Positions 50,253 through 64,000 of a stretch of DNA of 64,000 nt are shown here, one piece after another. Origin of the DNA: Octopus sinensis (Eukaryota); NCBI RefSeq assembly GCF_006345805.1, contig NC_042997.1, positions 114,142,001 to 114,206,000 on the forward strand, given 5' to 3'. The notes under the pieces are model-generated. The model was not told where the DNA came from, did no database searches, and saw nothing but the letters and a program-made list of their open reading frames with translations. The first letter of the stretch is position 1. Every line of letters begins with the position of its first letter. A program made the position numbers and the translations under genes.

Positions 50253-51547
50253 TATATACATTGTAACTGAATTCTTCCAGTTGCTGCATATTGATAAATA
50301 ATTTAATTTTCAGAGTAAGCAGAGCAGATCAGTTAATAATATTATTTGAATTTGAGTAAATATCTCTCTTAATCAATGCATTCATAATTATTTAATTTCA
50401 GATTGTGAGAAATATTTAATATGCAATTATAATTGTGCTACATTTAAATATCTATACACACACGCACGCACACACCTACCTACCTACCTACCTACCTAAA
50501 AACTAATTTGGGGAGGGAGAAAAACAATACAAAGCAATTTCCCAAAGACTAATTATATATTGTTATCGTTAGTGTTAGTAATAACTTCAGTAGATTTGGC
50601 AGATAGCTAATTATAGAGTTGGCAAGCTACTACAGCAGCAGTAAGCTAGAAGTCTGCTGAGTTGATAGTGCAGGTCATTGTGGGAGATAATCTGTCCAGA
50701 ATGCTGACAGTATCCTGTCACTAACCTAACATTGTGACTGTTGTCAAACCCTCCTCAAACTATCCTGCCTGAGACCACCACTGGCTCTGTGATATAAACT
50801 TCCTGTTTCCACCCTTTTGTTTCTGACCTGTTTCTATGCACTTCCTATTTTAAAACTTTTCCATTTGTAATTTCATGTTAACCCTCATGTTGTCATATTT
50901 CCATTGCAACACACTATTTCCATTCTTCTCTGACTGAGCTCATCTCTTGAGCCCTTTGTTTTTATCCCCAATGTCTTAGAGGACTTCTGAGTAGTCTCTT
51001 CTGATATCACTCATCAACTGCAAGGCTCCACCTGTTGTCTGTAAGCCTTGCAACATGTCCGGTCAGAGAGAGAGATAGAGCAAGACAAGGTAAGAAACAT
51101 GTTGGAAGCCACATGTAGAGCACTCCCTCCTGCTGGTGCCGCACATAGAGTACTCTGTGCTCTCTATAAAGTGGTTAGTGTTAGAAAGGGCATCTGGCCA
51201 TAGAAACCATGCCAAAATAGGCAATTGGAGCCTGGTGCTGCCCTCCAGCTTGCTAGCACCTGTCAAACTACCCAACCCATGCCAGCATGGAAAACCGGTG
51301 TTAAGTGATGATGATGAAATGAAAGGTAAGAATGTTTAGTCACCATGGCAGTAACAAAAATGGCTTTGCATTGGGAACAACCTGACCCGAGAAAACCCCA
51401 AATGCTTGGCACCAAAATGACATCAACTATGTCCTGGATGACAAACGATGCCTGTTGTAGGATGTCTCAGTTGGTTTGTCACACTATTTGACACTGGCAG
51501 CAGCCATAAAATGTGATGAAATAAATATAGATGACTGCATGGCAGTC

Positions 51548-51670
51548 AATATGAGACCTTCATTGGCTTTGTGACAAATGATTCAGTGAAATATAAGACC
51601 TTCATTGGTTTGTGATGAATGATTTAGTGAAATATGAGACTGTCAGTGCTTTGTGATTTACTGGAATATT
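51548..51670. repeat. ~41-bp minisatellite, about 3 units
   Basis: AATATGAGACCTTCATTGGCTTTGTGACAAATGATTCAGTGA and diverged copies. Confidence 0.85.
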
Positions 51671-51924
51671 AAAACATCTCACTAAGAATATAATACAATG
51701 TGTACAAAGGATGGGAGCTGTTATTGGGAGGAATTTCATGTCAGTTTTTCTTCTATGGGTTCTGTCCAATCCATTGTAATCACTCTGATTGTTGCCACTA
51801 CACCCACATAATGTGAGTGTCCAAAAATGTTTTTATTGGAAAAGTTTGAGATTTTAGCTTATTTTTGTCTTGAGTGGTTTATTTCTTCCATCACCAGGTG
51901 CTTCATTAGCACCAAGGAAAAATA

Positions 51925-52230
51925 CTGGCACTCCGTCAACTACGAGGATGAGTGTTTCAGTTGATTGGTTCAACAGAACAGCCTGCTTGTGAATTTGAAG
52001 TGTAAGTGGCTGAGCACCCCACGGACACGCTTACCCTTAACATAGTTTTCAAGGAAATTCAGTGTGACACAGAATATGACAAGGTTGGCCCTTACAGGTA
52101 CGACTCATTTTTGCCAGCTGAGTTCACTGGAGCAATGTGAAATAAAGTGTCTTGCTGAAGGACAGAATACACCACTGGGAATCATACGTGACCTTAGAAT
52201 CTGAGCTGAATACGTTAACCATTAAACCAC
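51925..52230 (-). mobile_element. SINE family G, near full length
   Basis: ACTCATTTTTGCCAGCTGAGTTCACTGGAGCAATGTGAAATAAAGTGTCTTGCT CORE-like block; its 3' part is also at 58253-58390. Confidence 0.75.
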
Positions 52231-52374
52231 CCACCCACCCACCCACCCTCTTTATTAACACACACACACACACACACACATCTTAATGGCTGTGCAACCA
52301 TGTAATTTTGGGTTCAATTCTATTGTACAACACTTTAGGCAAATGTCTTCTATAGTCCAAGGCTGACCAAGGCT

Positions 52375-52680
52375 GTGCTGGTGATACATTAAAAGCACCA
52401 TCCGAATGTGACAGATGCCAGCGCCGCCTGACTGGCATCCATGTCGGTGACATGTAAGAGCACCGTTTTCCAGCCTCCACTGGCCCCTGTGCCGGTGGCA
52501 CGTAAAAAGCACCCACTACACTCACGGAGTGGTTGGCGTTAGGAAGGGCATCCAGCTGTAGAAACACTGCTGGATCAGACTGGTGTCTGGTGCAGCCTCC
52601 TGGCTTCCCAGACCCCAGTCAAACCGTCCAGCCCATGCTAGCATGGAAAACGGACGTTAAGCGATGATGATGATGATGAT
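52375..52680 (+). mobile_element. RTE 3' tail (family C)
   Basis: Family motifs and (GAT)n. Confidence 0.9.
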
Positions 52681-52938
52681 TAGTGTGTTCATGTCATGTC
52701 TTGATATTGCACATAGATTGTAAATAGGTGTCATCAAAGTACAAGCAGTGTTATTCATTTGCAATCTTCTGGAAACCGCGTCCAACCATTGTGCAGTTTC
52801 TGTTAGAAGGACTTGGGTAAATATTAACTTATATGGAAATGGGTAGGGTTGGTACCAGGAAAAGTATCCCACTATCAAAATCCTCCCTCAACAAATTTCC
52901 TCTGAATTGTGTGAATATTAAACTAATGACGTACAATA

Positions 52939-53151
52939 TTAACCCTTTCGTTATCAACCGGCTCTGGCTCTGTAGTACAAATGTCTTGTTTTCATAAGTT
53001 CTGAATTAAAATCTTCCACCAAACCTTAGTCACAATTTAATGTTCCTAACACTACCTTAATGATAACTAAGTTATTTTACTAAATTTTTTGTTATATTTA
53101 AAGTAATTGAAAGAAACACATAGCAACTCAAAATAGTCACGAAAGGGTTAA
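52939..53151 (+). mobile_element. TTAA MITE type 2
   Basis: TTAA-CCCTTTCGT ... ACGAAAGGG-TTAA. Confidence 0.88.
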
Positions 53152-53546
53152 TGTATTACATCAGCTTTTCCATGCTTGCATTAGTTGGATGGGATTCATT
53201 GAGGCTGATTTTCTATGGTCAACTGCCCTTCCAATTACCAACCTTTGCCTGTGAGGTAATATTTCTGTATTACCAAACATGATTTCACAGAATATTAGAA
53301 ATGGTGGCAGCTTCTTCATGATTGAAATGCTCATTTTACATCTATCACACAATGCCAAGAGAAAGAAATGCATACAACTTATGCACCCCCACACATACAT
53401 AGTTATACAACAGGCTTCTTTCAGTTTCTGTCTACCTAATCTACTTATAAAGCTTGGGTTGGGCAGGGGCTAGACTAGAAGACATTTGCTTACAATGTCA
53501 CACTGGGGCTGAACACAAAAATCATGGGGTTGGGAAATGAACTTCT

Positions 53547-53750
53547 CTTCTACTCTAGGCACAAGGCCTGAAATTTTGGGGGAGGGGGCCAGTCGATTAC
53601 ATCAACCCCAGTATGCAACTGGTAATTTATCGATCCCAAAAGGATGGAAGGCAAAGTCGACTTGGGTGGAATCTGAACTCAGAATGTAAAGACAGACGAA
53701 ATACTGCTAAGCATTTCACCCGGCGTGCTACCATTTCTGCCAGCTCGCTG
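53547..53750 (-). mobile_element. SINE A (alternative tail) nested in SINE B
   Basis: 17-bp TSD TTGGGAAATGAACTTCT. Confidence 0.88.
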
Positions 53751-54019
53751 TCTTGGGAAATGAACTTCTTAAACCACACACATTATCATCATTTAACATC
53801 TCTTTTTCCATACTGGCAATCATTGAACACATACACATGAGAGAGAGAGAGCGAGAGATGCTTCAGATAGAGATCAGAAATGTTTTCTTGCAGATCTTTC
53901 CACTCAAAATGTTAAAAGATGATTTTGAGAAATTTGAAAAAATTATTCTGCCAATCTTAGAAATATCGATTGTGTTTTTGCTTTTTTTTAAAGAATATCT
54001 TAGCAAATATTTCTTTTGT

Positions 54020-54060
54020 TAAATTGTTTATTTTTTCTCTTTTTGTCATTGCAGGTAAGA
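54020..54060 (+). other. Juxtaposed 3' and 5' splice consensus (candidate recursive splice site)
   Basis: TTTATTTTTTCTCTTTTTGTCATTGCAG|GTAAGA, junction 54054/54055. Confidence 0.5.
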
Positions 54061-56154
54061 TGATAAACATTACTGCTGCTGCTGCTACTGCTGCCTCTGT
54101 TGATGCTCCTCTAAGGTTATTATACCAATAATATACTTACTGTTTTACTTGGTCTGTCTGGTTAATGGTGATAATTGTTTGACACAATAGGCTGTGTGTG
54201 CCTCTGTTGTCTTTCACTTATCCGACCCACCAAAACTCGGTGTCACTGTTGTTTGCATTTAAATAACTCTTAAATGTAACTTGAAACAACAATGAAAAGA
54301 AGATTGTTCGATTGGGAATTGTAGTAATTCTCTGCCTTATAAATCTAGATAATGTGTTTGTGTATACACGTGTGGATGTAGATGTATGTATTCAGGTATA
54401 TACAATTGTATGTATGTGTGTACATGTATGTAGATGTATATGTGCATGTATGCAGTGTATAGGTGTGTGCACATGCATGCGTATCCATTTATGGGCTTAT
54501 TATGAATGTAGGTACAGGCATGGCCTGGTGGTTAAAAGGGTCTGTTGCAATAATGCACGTTATCTTGGAGCGTCTTTTACTATAGCCTGGTTGGAAAAGT
54601 ATTTTCGATGTGTCTGGAGTCCTGTAATAATGTATCCACCCAAGTAAAAGCATAGTGACATGAGGTTCTTTACCCCCAAAACCCTTATTCAAGCAAGTAA
54701 TTAAGTCCCCTCATGTTGAACTGGTAACCATGTTAATTGGTAGCCGTGGCAGCATGACCAACGGTTTGAAACATAGGCAATGCTACAACATTGTCAATGT
54801 TGTATTTGGGACTTTGTTTTGGCTAAACCAGTGGTTCTCAGTTGGGGTCCTGTATAACCCTGTGCTGTTAAAAATGATGTGCATTAAACTGGTTCTTAAC
54901 CATTTTTTTTACTTATGGTTATAGTTTTACTTTGGTTATAGTTTTACTCCAGTGGACCCCCATAGCCAGTTGGATGTTTAAAAATTAGCTTTATAGGTAT
55001 TTCCTTCAAAATTCCTATTTTGTTTTCAACTCATTCACTTGTGTAGGCATGCAATAACATCCTCTGAGACAACATGGTTGCACCGTGCAATCTTCATACC
55101 TACTGGGTCCTCTCAAACCATTCAACCTATGCCAGCAAGGAATATGGATGTTAAATAAGAATTGAACTCTAGTTATGGATTGTTTTTACTGGGAGGTTTA
55201 CCTTCTACTTTTTCATACTTGTATTCCAGCTAAATTACATGTTTGGTGTCTGTGGCAGAGTTTGAAATTGGTGGAATGAACCATAAATCTATCAATCTAA
55301 CCATTTAGTCACTGTGTTTGTCTTTTAAGGTTCCAAACCATTTAAAAAAAATTTCTTCTTTGTGTTCTTTTTCTTTTTCGAATTGGGCAACTATATTTAT
55401 TTATCTCTTCCAGGAAGTAACTGAAGAACATTTTGGTGGTACATTTATTTGCGACTCCTATCTATTTATCATTAAAAAAAATAAATAAAAATAAAATAAA
55501 ATAGTAATCACTTGTTTTTAATGGTATCTTGTGTAACATGTGTCTCCTCTGGCAGGGAGAAAGAACTCTGCTTTTCCCTAACATCAATACACAAAAGATT
55601 TGGCAGTGATTAATGTTTTTAAATATTTAACAAGTAAATGTAGCTTAATGAGGGAGGGAAAGTTGAGAAGAGACTGGTAATGGATGTAGGCAAGGGGGAA
55701 AAAAATGAATAGCAAAATGTGATGGAGTGGGGAACTATAGACTGGTTGGTTATTATAAAAACCAACATGTGCGTAAAATACTCTTAAAAATCTCTAAATA
55801 GAATGAATCTAAGAATCACATCTACAACACCAAATAGTGTGTAACTTTATCTAAATGGTTTTGGTTGGCTTTTCTCTCTCTCCCTCTCTCTTTCTCCTAC
55901 CATCATTATCAATTATTATTAATCTGTATACTTATTAATAACCACAAGACTATGTAATATTGATCACCTTTGACTACGAACAAGGTGATTTCTTACAGAG
56001 AAGCATAGTTGTGATACAACCGTGATTTATTTTACCGATATCTAGAGTTATGGAAGCCACAGTTGGTTCTGCTAGGATTTGATCAGAAGAGGACAAGGTC
56101 AAATACTTAAATATATTTATTTGATGAATGTGTGGTTAATAAGTTTCCTTCATA

Positions 56155-56408
56155 TCATCATCATCATTGTTGTTTAACATCTGCTTTCTATGCTAGCATG
56201 GGTTGGACGGTTTGACTGAGGACTGGTGAGCCAGAAGGCTGCACCAGGCTCTAATCTGATCTGGCAGTGTTCTTACAGCTGGATGCCCTACCTAACACCA
56301 ACCACTTCGAGAATATAGTGGATACTTTTTTTACGTGCCACTGGCTTGGGGGCCAGTCAGGCAGTACTGGCATTGACTATGCTTGAATGGTGCTTTTTAT
56401 GTGCCACC
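56155..56408 (-). mobile_element. RTE 3' tail (family C) splitting a SINE B head
   Basis: B head at about 56128-56152 resumes near 56410. Confidence 0.85.
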
Positions 56409-57547
56409 GTTTTAGCTTTCAGTCTCACTGTACAGCACCTTGGGCTAGTCTCTTCTACTATAGCTCTGGGCTGACCAAAGCCTTGTGAGTTGATGTGGTA
56501 GATGGAAAAAATTTGCCTCACTGAATTCTAGCTGACTTGTGCAAGCATGGAAAAGCATCTGCTAAAGATATTTAGTACAGTGTACCATTAGTATTTCTAT
56601 ATGGTCCATGTCTTATCTTTCTGCAAGTCATTAATGTATGTTTAATAGAAAAGCCTCTATTATTTCAGTAACCTTCATCATCACCATTTAGCATCCATTT
56701 TCTATGCTACCATGGGTTTGACAGTTTGATTTGAGCTGGCAAGCCAGAGGGCTGCACCTGACTCCAGTCTTCTGTTTTGGCATGGTTTCTACAGCTGGAT
56801 ACCCTTCCGAAAAAACAACAAGTACACTTCGCAGAATGTGCTTTTTTTATGTGGTGCCAGCAGGGGTGCTTTTTGCATGGTGCCAGTATGTAAAAAGCAC
56901 CCATGTCTGGTGTCATGTAAAAAGGCTTTGTTCCATTTAAAATATACTGCGGAATTCCAACCATGTTTCGTGGTTTGCTACCTCAACAGTCCCTTTATAG
57001 GATCCAGTGGCTAAAGACATCAGGAAGAGCCATGCCCAGTTTCGGCCCCTACTCCTCTACCATTTTCAGCGTGGCGTCCCCCTACCTTCAGAAGTGTCTT
57101 CAGCTTTGGTGTTGAGTGCATTTCTTGTTTCTCCTGTTCCCTGGCCTCTTCGATGCAGTGCCAATGAGTGTCAGCAGGCAACTGACCATCCTGCCAAATT
57201 TCCCTTAAATACTCGCCTATAGGCTCCAGCAGCCAGCACCAGCTAGTTGTCATGTGACACTGTCTAAACTTTAACTGACCAATGGAGAGGAAGGGCATGT
57301 AATCTTAGCCTGTGCCTTCCCTAAACCTACCTTCCAACAGTGTCGTGTTAATTTCTGTTCCAGCAGCCAGAGCTGACCAGCTTTTTGGTGGTACAAGCCT
57401 TTGTGTGTTCTTCATTAAGCTTGGCTGTCACTTGCACGTGATCTGGTGGCAAGTACACTATTGCTAAATATTTTAAAGTGCCAGTGTAGTTGTGTGCAGT
57501 TGTCTCACCTTTGATCCAATGGAACATTGAGGGTGTTATATCTAGAG

Positions 57548-58060
57548 CAGTTGTTCTCATCTAGGGTCCATATAGATCCTCGGGCCATATAAAAGTTTTG
57601 GGGCGAAATGCTTTGAGGTATTTCGTCTGCCACTATGTTCTGAGTTCAAATTCTGCTGAGGCCGACTTTGCCTTTCATCCTTTCGGGGTTGATAAATTAA
57701 GTACCTGTTGCATACTGGGGTCAATCTAACCGACTGGCCCCCTCCCCCAAAATTTCAGGCCTTGTGCCTAGAGTAGAAAAGAATAGTATTTTGAGAGCCC
57801 CTGAAAAAATTTTGCTTTAGAAGTATGTATTGGTACATATTGCAAGAAACAGCCGGGTTTCTTTCTCTAACATTTTACATAGTTCAACCTACACAAGTCA
57901 AAGTGTGGAAAATAAAATAGAGATTTTGAAGGAAGTTTCTATACAACTAGTTTTTAAACATCGACTGTCTATGAGGTGGAGGTGGATGGGTAGAGGGGGT
58001 CCACCAGAATACAACAATAATTAGAGGGGTCCATAGATAAGAAATAATTGAGAACCACTG
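57548..58060. mobile_element. hAT (Charlie-like) MITE with nested SINE A (57601-57785)
   Basis: CAGTTGTTCTCA ... TGAGAACCACTG; perfect 8-bp TSD ATCTAGAG. Confidence 0.9.
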
Positions 58061-58477
58061 ATCTAGAGGAAGAGAGAGCTGCACCAATGCTTTGCTGGTT
58101 CTTATTTTCAGCTGAGTAGGGCTGAAGGGCAGTGTGAAGTGGTGTGTTTTGTTCAGGAGGCAATGCACCACCTGGTCTAGGATTTAAACTCTTATGATCT
58201 TATGGCTGTGAGCCCAACTCCTTAACCACTGGGCCATGCATCTTCTTCATTTACTGGCACTATGTCAGTTATGATGACAAGGGTTCTAGTTGCCCTGATC
58301 AATGCAACAGCCTCCTCATGAAATTAATGTGCAAGTGGCTGAGCACTACACAGATAGGTGTACCCTTAACATAGTTCTCAGGGAGAGTGCAGCACCACTT
58401 GACAATGCACCTTCACACGGAGAGAGAGAGAGAGAGAGAGATATGAAATAACTTAAGATATATGAAATAACTTTTAA

Positions 58478-58707
58478 GGTGGCGAGCTGGCAGAATCGTT
58501 AGCACGCCAGGCGAAATGCGTAGCCGTATTTCGTCTGTTGTTATGTTCCGAGTTCAAATTCCGCCTAAGTCAACTTTGCCTTTCATCCTTTCGGGGTCGA
58601 TAAATTAAGTACCAGTTATGCACTGGGGTCAATGTAATCAACTTAATCCCTTTGTCTGACCTTGTTTGTCCCCTCTGTGTTTAGCCCCTTGTGGGTAGTA
58701 AAGAAAT
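58478..58707 (+). mobile_element. SINE family A with 16-bp TSD
   Basis: ATATATGAAATAACTT on both flanks. Confidence 0.92.
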
Positions 58708-59660
58708 ATATATGAAATAACTTATTTCTAACATTGCAATTTAAAGATAAAGCTATAAATAGTAGTGTATGGGAATGTTGGATAAAAACCCATTGAATGA
58801 TAAAAAAGTAGGGTTTTTTTTTAAACCCAATATCCAATATGCTATTATTTATAGCTTTAACTACTTTGAGTTGCACTATTAAAAATAAGCTACTTCCTTC
58901 CATCAAAATTCCATGTTAATTTTATATTTCATATACCAGCTTTAATAATGACAGATATTTTACTAAATTCTACATTATTTTCTGAAACAAAGGCAGCATA
59001 TTTCAACAGAGATGTGATGACTAAAGGGTGAAACTTGCTTAAATTCTTTGTATTGCATTGTATCTCTGTTCAGTTTTGATTTATGAATATGAATTATTGA
59101 GAGAGAGAGAGAGAGAGAGAGAGAGGGATGTGTGTGTGTGTGTGTATTTATAGCTAGCTCTGATTCACATGCAAGAATGTGTGTGTGTGATCAAAGTGGT
59201 AAAAAGTCTGGCGAATATAAGGAACAATAATTAGTATATATCAGTTACTAGAATACTGTTATTAGTAGCTTGTTTTAATTCTAGTATTGCTGTAGTTCTA
59301 TTTTGTCTGCTGAACTTTTAGACTCAGCCAAAGCTATTAACGATTTTCTCTTTTCGTTTTTTTTTGTTAATGTTTCTACCACTGTTCATGATTACCCATC
59401 AATTATTTACTTAGCCAACGGGCCTAATTACTTTCAGCTGGCAAATAGGTTTTTTATTCTTCAATAAATCCCATTCCTTGACCAAATAAACCGAAATGTA
59501 CATCATCATCACACTACCATCATCACGATCACCATGATGATAATGATGATGACCTCCTCCCCATCATCATGTCAACCACCCCCATCATCATCATCGTCGT
59601 CGTCATTACCACCATTATTGTCATCTTGATATCAACTAACACCACCACCACCATCATGAT

Positions 59661-59908
59661 CAGTGGTTCTCAACCATTTCTTGCCTGCGAACCCCCTTGA
59701 TTCCTATTTTACTCAACTGGACCCCCATAGCCATTTGAGGTTTAAAAGAAAATCCTATTTATATAATTAAATGTTATTAGGGATTGTATGGAAAATTGTT
59801 AAAATATTTTGTGCATTTTAGAAGTCTAACCAATTTATTGCACAAGAATTTTAACAAATTCTTATGTGTACCACTAAGGGTTGTGTGGACCCCAATTGAG
59901 AACCACTG
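59661..59908. mobile_element. hAT-type MITE in a (CAT/CAC)n tract
   Basis: CAGTGGTTCTCAA ... TTGAGAACCACTG; TSD ATCATGAT/GTCATGAT. Confidence 0.9.
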
Positions 59909-61134
59909 GTCATGATCATCATGTTGATGCCAACCACCACCACTACCACCATTGTTATCATCACCAGCTTATGTTTTTCTGCACTGATGTGGGTTGGATA
60001 GATTGTCAGTCTGCATCGTCTTGCACATTCACAGCAGCTGATAAAATTGGTTGAATTTGATGGTGTGCATTGTGCATGTCCTACAGAGTGTGGAATGGAT
60101 ATATTTTATCAAACGATTAGCATATCCTAGAGTGTATGTTTCAAGTGAGAAGAGCTAAACAACCCACTCCCCTATTATCCCCTGTCAGTTCTTATTTTGA
60201 GTTACTACCTGTTTAGACCTGTAGCTCAAGATGTAATTTTCAGGGGTTACATCGCGATCATGCTTTCTATTTTGTCAAGTTTTCCATGGTCGGATGCCCT
60301 TGCTTTCATCAACCACTTTATGCAGTGTGCTAGATGTAATTTGTTATGCTGCCAGCCCAGGAAAGACTGTCTTATCTTAAGATTTCTTGTGGTAAGAATG
60401 GATTCAAGTCAATGAGTAACGACCAACTACACTGCTGTCTGGATAATATCGTCTGTAGAAGGGATACCATAACGAATGCTTTGTATCAATGCTGGAGTTC
60501 TGCTGTGGTACAGGGAACCTCACATCAGAGACTCCTCCCCCATGCATTCCAGGAAGCCACCGTTTATGCCCTCTCGTGCACTGTTAACAATGTCCGACAA
60601 GGGAGATAACTCCCTATTTATAAAACCTTTACCGCATCTCAGAATATCATACATGTGAGGAGGAGGAAAGTTTCCTTTAGAAATATCTATGTAGCCATCT
60701 GTCTTTCTAGCCATGTATCTATCCATTCATCTATCCATCTCTCTTAATGTTGTTTCTCTGTACACACACACACATATATGTATTTAGATAACCTTTTAAA
60801 CTTTGATATATAATGGCAACGTTAATTCAAGGGTCCCTTTTGTGTGTGTGTGAATGTTGAAGCTTGTGGGAGCAAAAGAGAAATTACAGGAAGAAACATC
60901 CAACTCATGCCTGAACCCTGACATTAGTAACACACAAACAAACCCACTAAACTAATTCACATGCTGCCAAAACTAAATCACATGTCCAGTTTCCACTTCA
61001 TTCTACTAACTTTCAAACGCCCTTAAGCACCACAGCTAGCTCTTTTCCTTCTCCACGGAAGCCAATACTCCAAACAATATGGAGTAGTTACACCTGCAAT
61101 TTGAAACCAGTTTATCTGGAAATTTGGAAAGCTA

Positions 61135-61536
61135 ATGAGAACCTATACCAGTGTCGCATGACCAGCCCACTTAAAAGTACCTTGGATTGTAGGGCGACAT
61201 GCCATACTTGAGGAGACCTATTGAATGAAATACACAACATCAATATCAAAATCAAATCAAATAGAAATTGTAGTTGTGACCCCCATGCCAGTAGCACATA
61301 AAAAGCACCATCCAAACCTGGCTGATACCAGTGCTGCTATGACTGGCTTATGTGCCAGTGGCACCTAAAAAACACCCACTGCACTCTCGGAATGGTTGGT
61401 GTTAGTAAGGGCATCTAGCTGTAGAAATATTGCCAGATCAGATTGGTACCTGGTGCAGCCTCCTGGCTTCCCAGACCCCAGTTGAACCGTCCAACCCATC
61501 CCAGTGTGGAAAACGGATGTTAAATGATGATGATGG
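61135..61536 (+). mobile_element. RTE 3' UTR (family C, long)
   Basis: Collinear with 23505-23995. Confidence 0.85.
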
Positions 61537-61988
61537 CAGTTGAGGTGGTAAGTCATGGGTTTTTAAGCTTGCAACTGGATTCAGTATGTCCTTTACAGTT
61601 ACATGGATTTAATGACAGGAGGGCAATGATTCGTGAATTGGAGATGGAAGCAGAGAATACTTAATCAAAGATATGGCAAACACCTGCGAGAGGAAGACCA
61701 AAGCTAAGTGCAAAGAACACATGCTCAGTAATTGATGCTACATGGTTAGTGGTTGCAGCTGCATTTAATTTGGTGGCTGCATGGATATTGGGTGATGGTG
61801 GTGGTGGTGGGAGCATAATGTAGTGCATTTCAAAAGAACACAAAACATTTCCTAGTTGTTTCAATGCTTCTTCCTTGCTTTCCTTGAAGGATAGATTCTG
61901 TTGGAAGATGCCAAAATTGTGATCTCCTGTCAACAGCTAATGAAAGGAGTGCTACCCTGCACTGAAGGCTGGTATGAAGTATTTACAT

Positions 61989-62100
61989 ATCAGAGCAGCT
62001 GCTACAGAATGCTGCCTGTGTACAAGTGGTCCATTTCTGTTATCATCAGAACAGTTGCTACAGAATGTGGTCTGTGTACAAGTGGTCCATTTCTGTTATC
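61989..62100. repeat. 56-bp tandem duplication
   Basis: ATCAGA(G/A)CAG(C/T)TGCTACAGAATG...TGTGTACAAGTGGTCCATTTCTGTTATC x2. Confidence 0.9.
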
Positions 62101-63221
62101 GTCTGTGACCGACCAATCCTATATCACAGCTACTTCTAAGCAACAATAAGTTATTGTACTTCCAGATATTGACGAGAGAACTTTTTAATTTGGCTTTAAG
62201 TACTATCTTTTGCTGTTGTTGTAATAATCTTTGCTTTAAGAAATCCACTTTCAAATATGTTTTCAGCTTATTAATGTTATTTTCATTAATTGCTTTCTAG
62301 ACCATTAGACCATCTTTTAAAACTTTAAACTCTAATTTAGAACAATGGCGCCAAAATTATTTGGATCTCGATTAATTCCTCTCTCCTCCCCTATTTCTAT
62401 TCTATTAATTAAAAACCAGCCTCATGAATAGCAGTCTGAACTACACTCTGGAAGATAACAACTCAAATAAAATTCAATTGAGTAACAATTAATTTCACAA
62501 TCTATTCCAAATGCTATTAATCACCTAATAATCCCACCCCACCCCACTTCTTTAAGATGAAGAAAATCACTCATTTAGATGATGTCCATTTAGGGTCATA
62601 CAATTCTTCGTCAAGTAATTATTTATAAAACTGTGACCTTCCTCAACTCCAATAGTTTGGGCTGGACAGAACCATTATTTTCAGTCATGTTGCTTCCAGT
62701 TTGTCTGTCTGCCTGTTGGATATTTCAGTGGCATATTGGTAATGAAACACCAGTGGTAATAATTAATCAATTTTTACTCCATGAATTCATTAATTTTTAT
62801 GTCTGTTTTTCTGTGCTAGCTTGGACTAGATGAAGAAGATATTGTTTTAGCGGCATTGTTTTATGTCCTCCTTATTGCTAGCCCTTACCTGTTTTTTTTT
62901 CAACCACTTTCCCAATTGCAAAGATGGCAAATAATTTGTTGTCAGGAGAATGAACAACTTTGTTGCTTGTTGCTCAGATTTTGGGAGGTGAGTAAATGTG
63001 TAAACACACATGCATGCATGTGGTAGGCTTCTTTCAGTTTCTCTCTACCAAATGCACTAACAAGGCTTTGGTCAGCTAAGGACTGTAGAAGACATATGCT
63101 GAAGGTGTTGTGCAGTGATTGAACACGAAGTCATGTGGCTGGAAAGTGAACTTGACTATGCAGTTATGCCTGTACTCCTCTGCCTTCTCCTCTCTCTCTC
63201 ATATATACTTATGTACATATA

Positions 63222-63612
63222 TCTATATATGTAAAGCTGAAGTTGTCTGTGCATGGTAGGTTTGGTAGCCTTCAACTAACACTATCTCCTCCGAGACCCT
63301 GCGGTGTAAGTTGACCAAAATTGAGAGTATGATAGAAGAAGGCTTGCTCTTCATTCCGTAGAAGATAAAATTCAAATCGGACCATGTTAAGACCAAAAAT
63401 TATTTACATCAAAAAGGTGCTTTTTTTTCAATGAAATGCCCTAGTTTTTACGATTTTCTAACTGCTGTGTCGCCATTTTTTGGTGTATTTCAACCAGAAA
63501 AATGTTCACTTTAAGAGAATAACAAGCTACTTAATGCAAATTTTTTACTTTTCAAAAATTCCAATTCTAAAGGATCGAAACAAACCCGAGTAATGCCGGG
63601 CGATACTGCTAG
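63222..63612 (+). mobile_element. Non-autonomous Helitron, second subfamily
   Basis: A|TCTATATATGTAAA ... CAAACCCGAGTAATGCCGGGCGATACTGCTAG|T. Confidence 0.85.
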
Positions 63613-63795
<183 letters not shown>

Positions 63796-64000
63796 AAAGT
63801 GGTTGGCATTAGGGAGGGCATTCAGCTGTTGAAACCATGCCAAAGCAGACAATTGGGGTTTGGTGCAGCTCCTGTCAAACCGTCCAACCCATACCAGCAT
63901 GAACAACAGACATTACATGATGATGATGATATAAACTAGTTGAGTCAGTTATGCTCAGGTACTGGAGTTCAGGTCTTCAGGAGGTTGGAGAACCAGCCAA

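Noticed and set aside
61560-61935. Possible LINE ORF2 fragment or poly-Pro ORF
   Set aside because: Similarity is too weak to assign by eye, and the poly-Pro comes from a (GGT)n run.

Overview
AT-rich, repeat-dense eukaryotic DNA with no intact protein-coding gene. Nearly all listed ORFs are chance or repeat-derived. The repeat families look like those of an Octopus genome (recognised from memory, not verified), and the window is probably the interior of very long intron(s) of a + strand gene. Contents: three tRNA-headed SINE families, about 20 truncated 3' tails of one RTE-clade LINE, decayed LINE fragments (RTE, R4/Dong-like, CR1-like), non-autonomous Helitrons and a Helentron/DINE-like element, hAT and TTAA (piggyBac-type) MITEs, a hAT transposase remnant and many microsatellites. 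The most notable signal is a set of unrelated elements carrying minimal type I hammerhead ribozyme (HHR) folds: a ~330-bp tandem dimer with one HHR per unit (non-LTR retrozyme-like, 29.2-29.8 kb), a head-to-head tRNA-headed SINE plus HHR palindrome (47.2-47.6 kb), and Penelope-like fold-backs (7.9-8.5 kb and 6.7-6.95 kb). Also present are a CpG-retaining island with a possible first exon (44.8-47.1 kb) and a candidate recursive splice site (54054/54055). All alignments and folds were done by eye, and the edges of degenerate elements are approximate.
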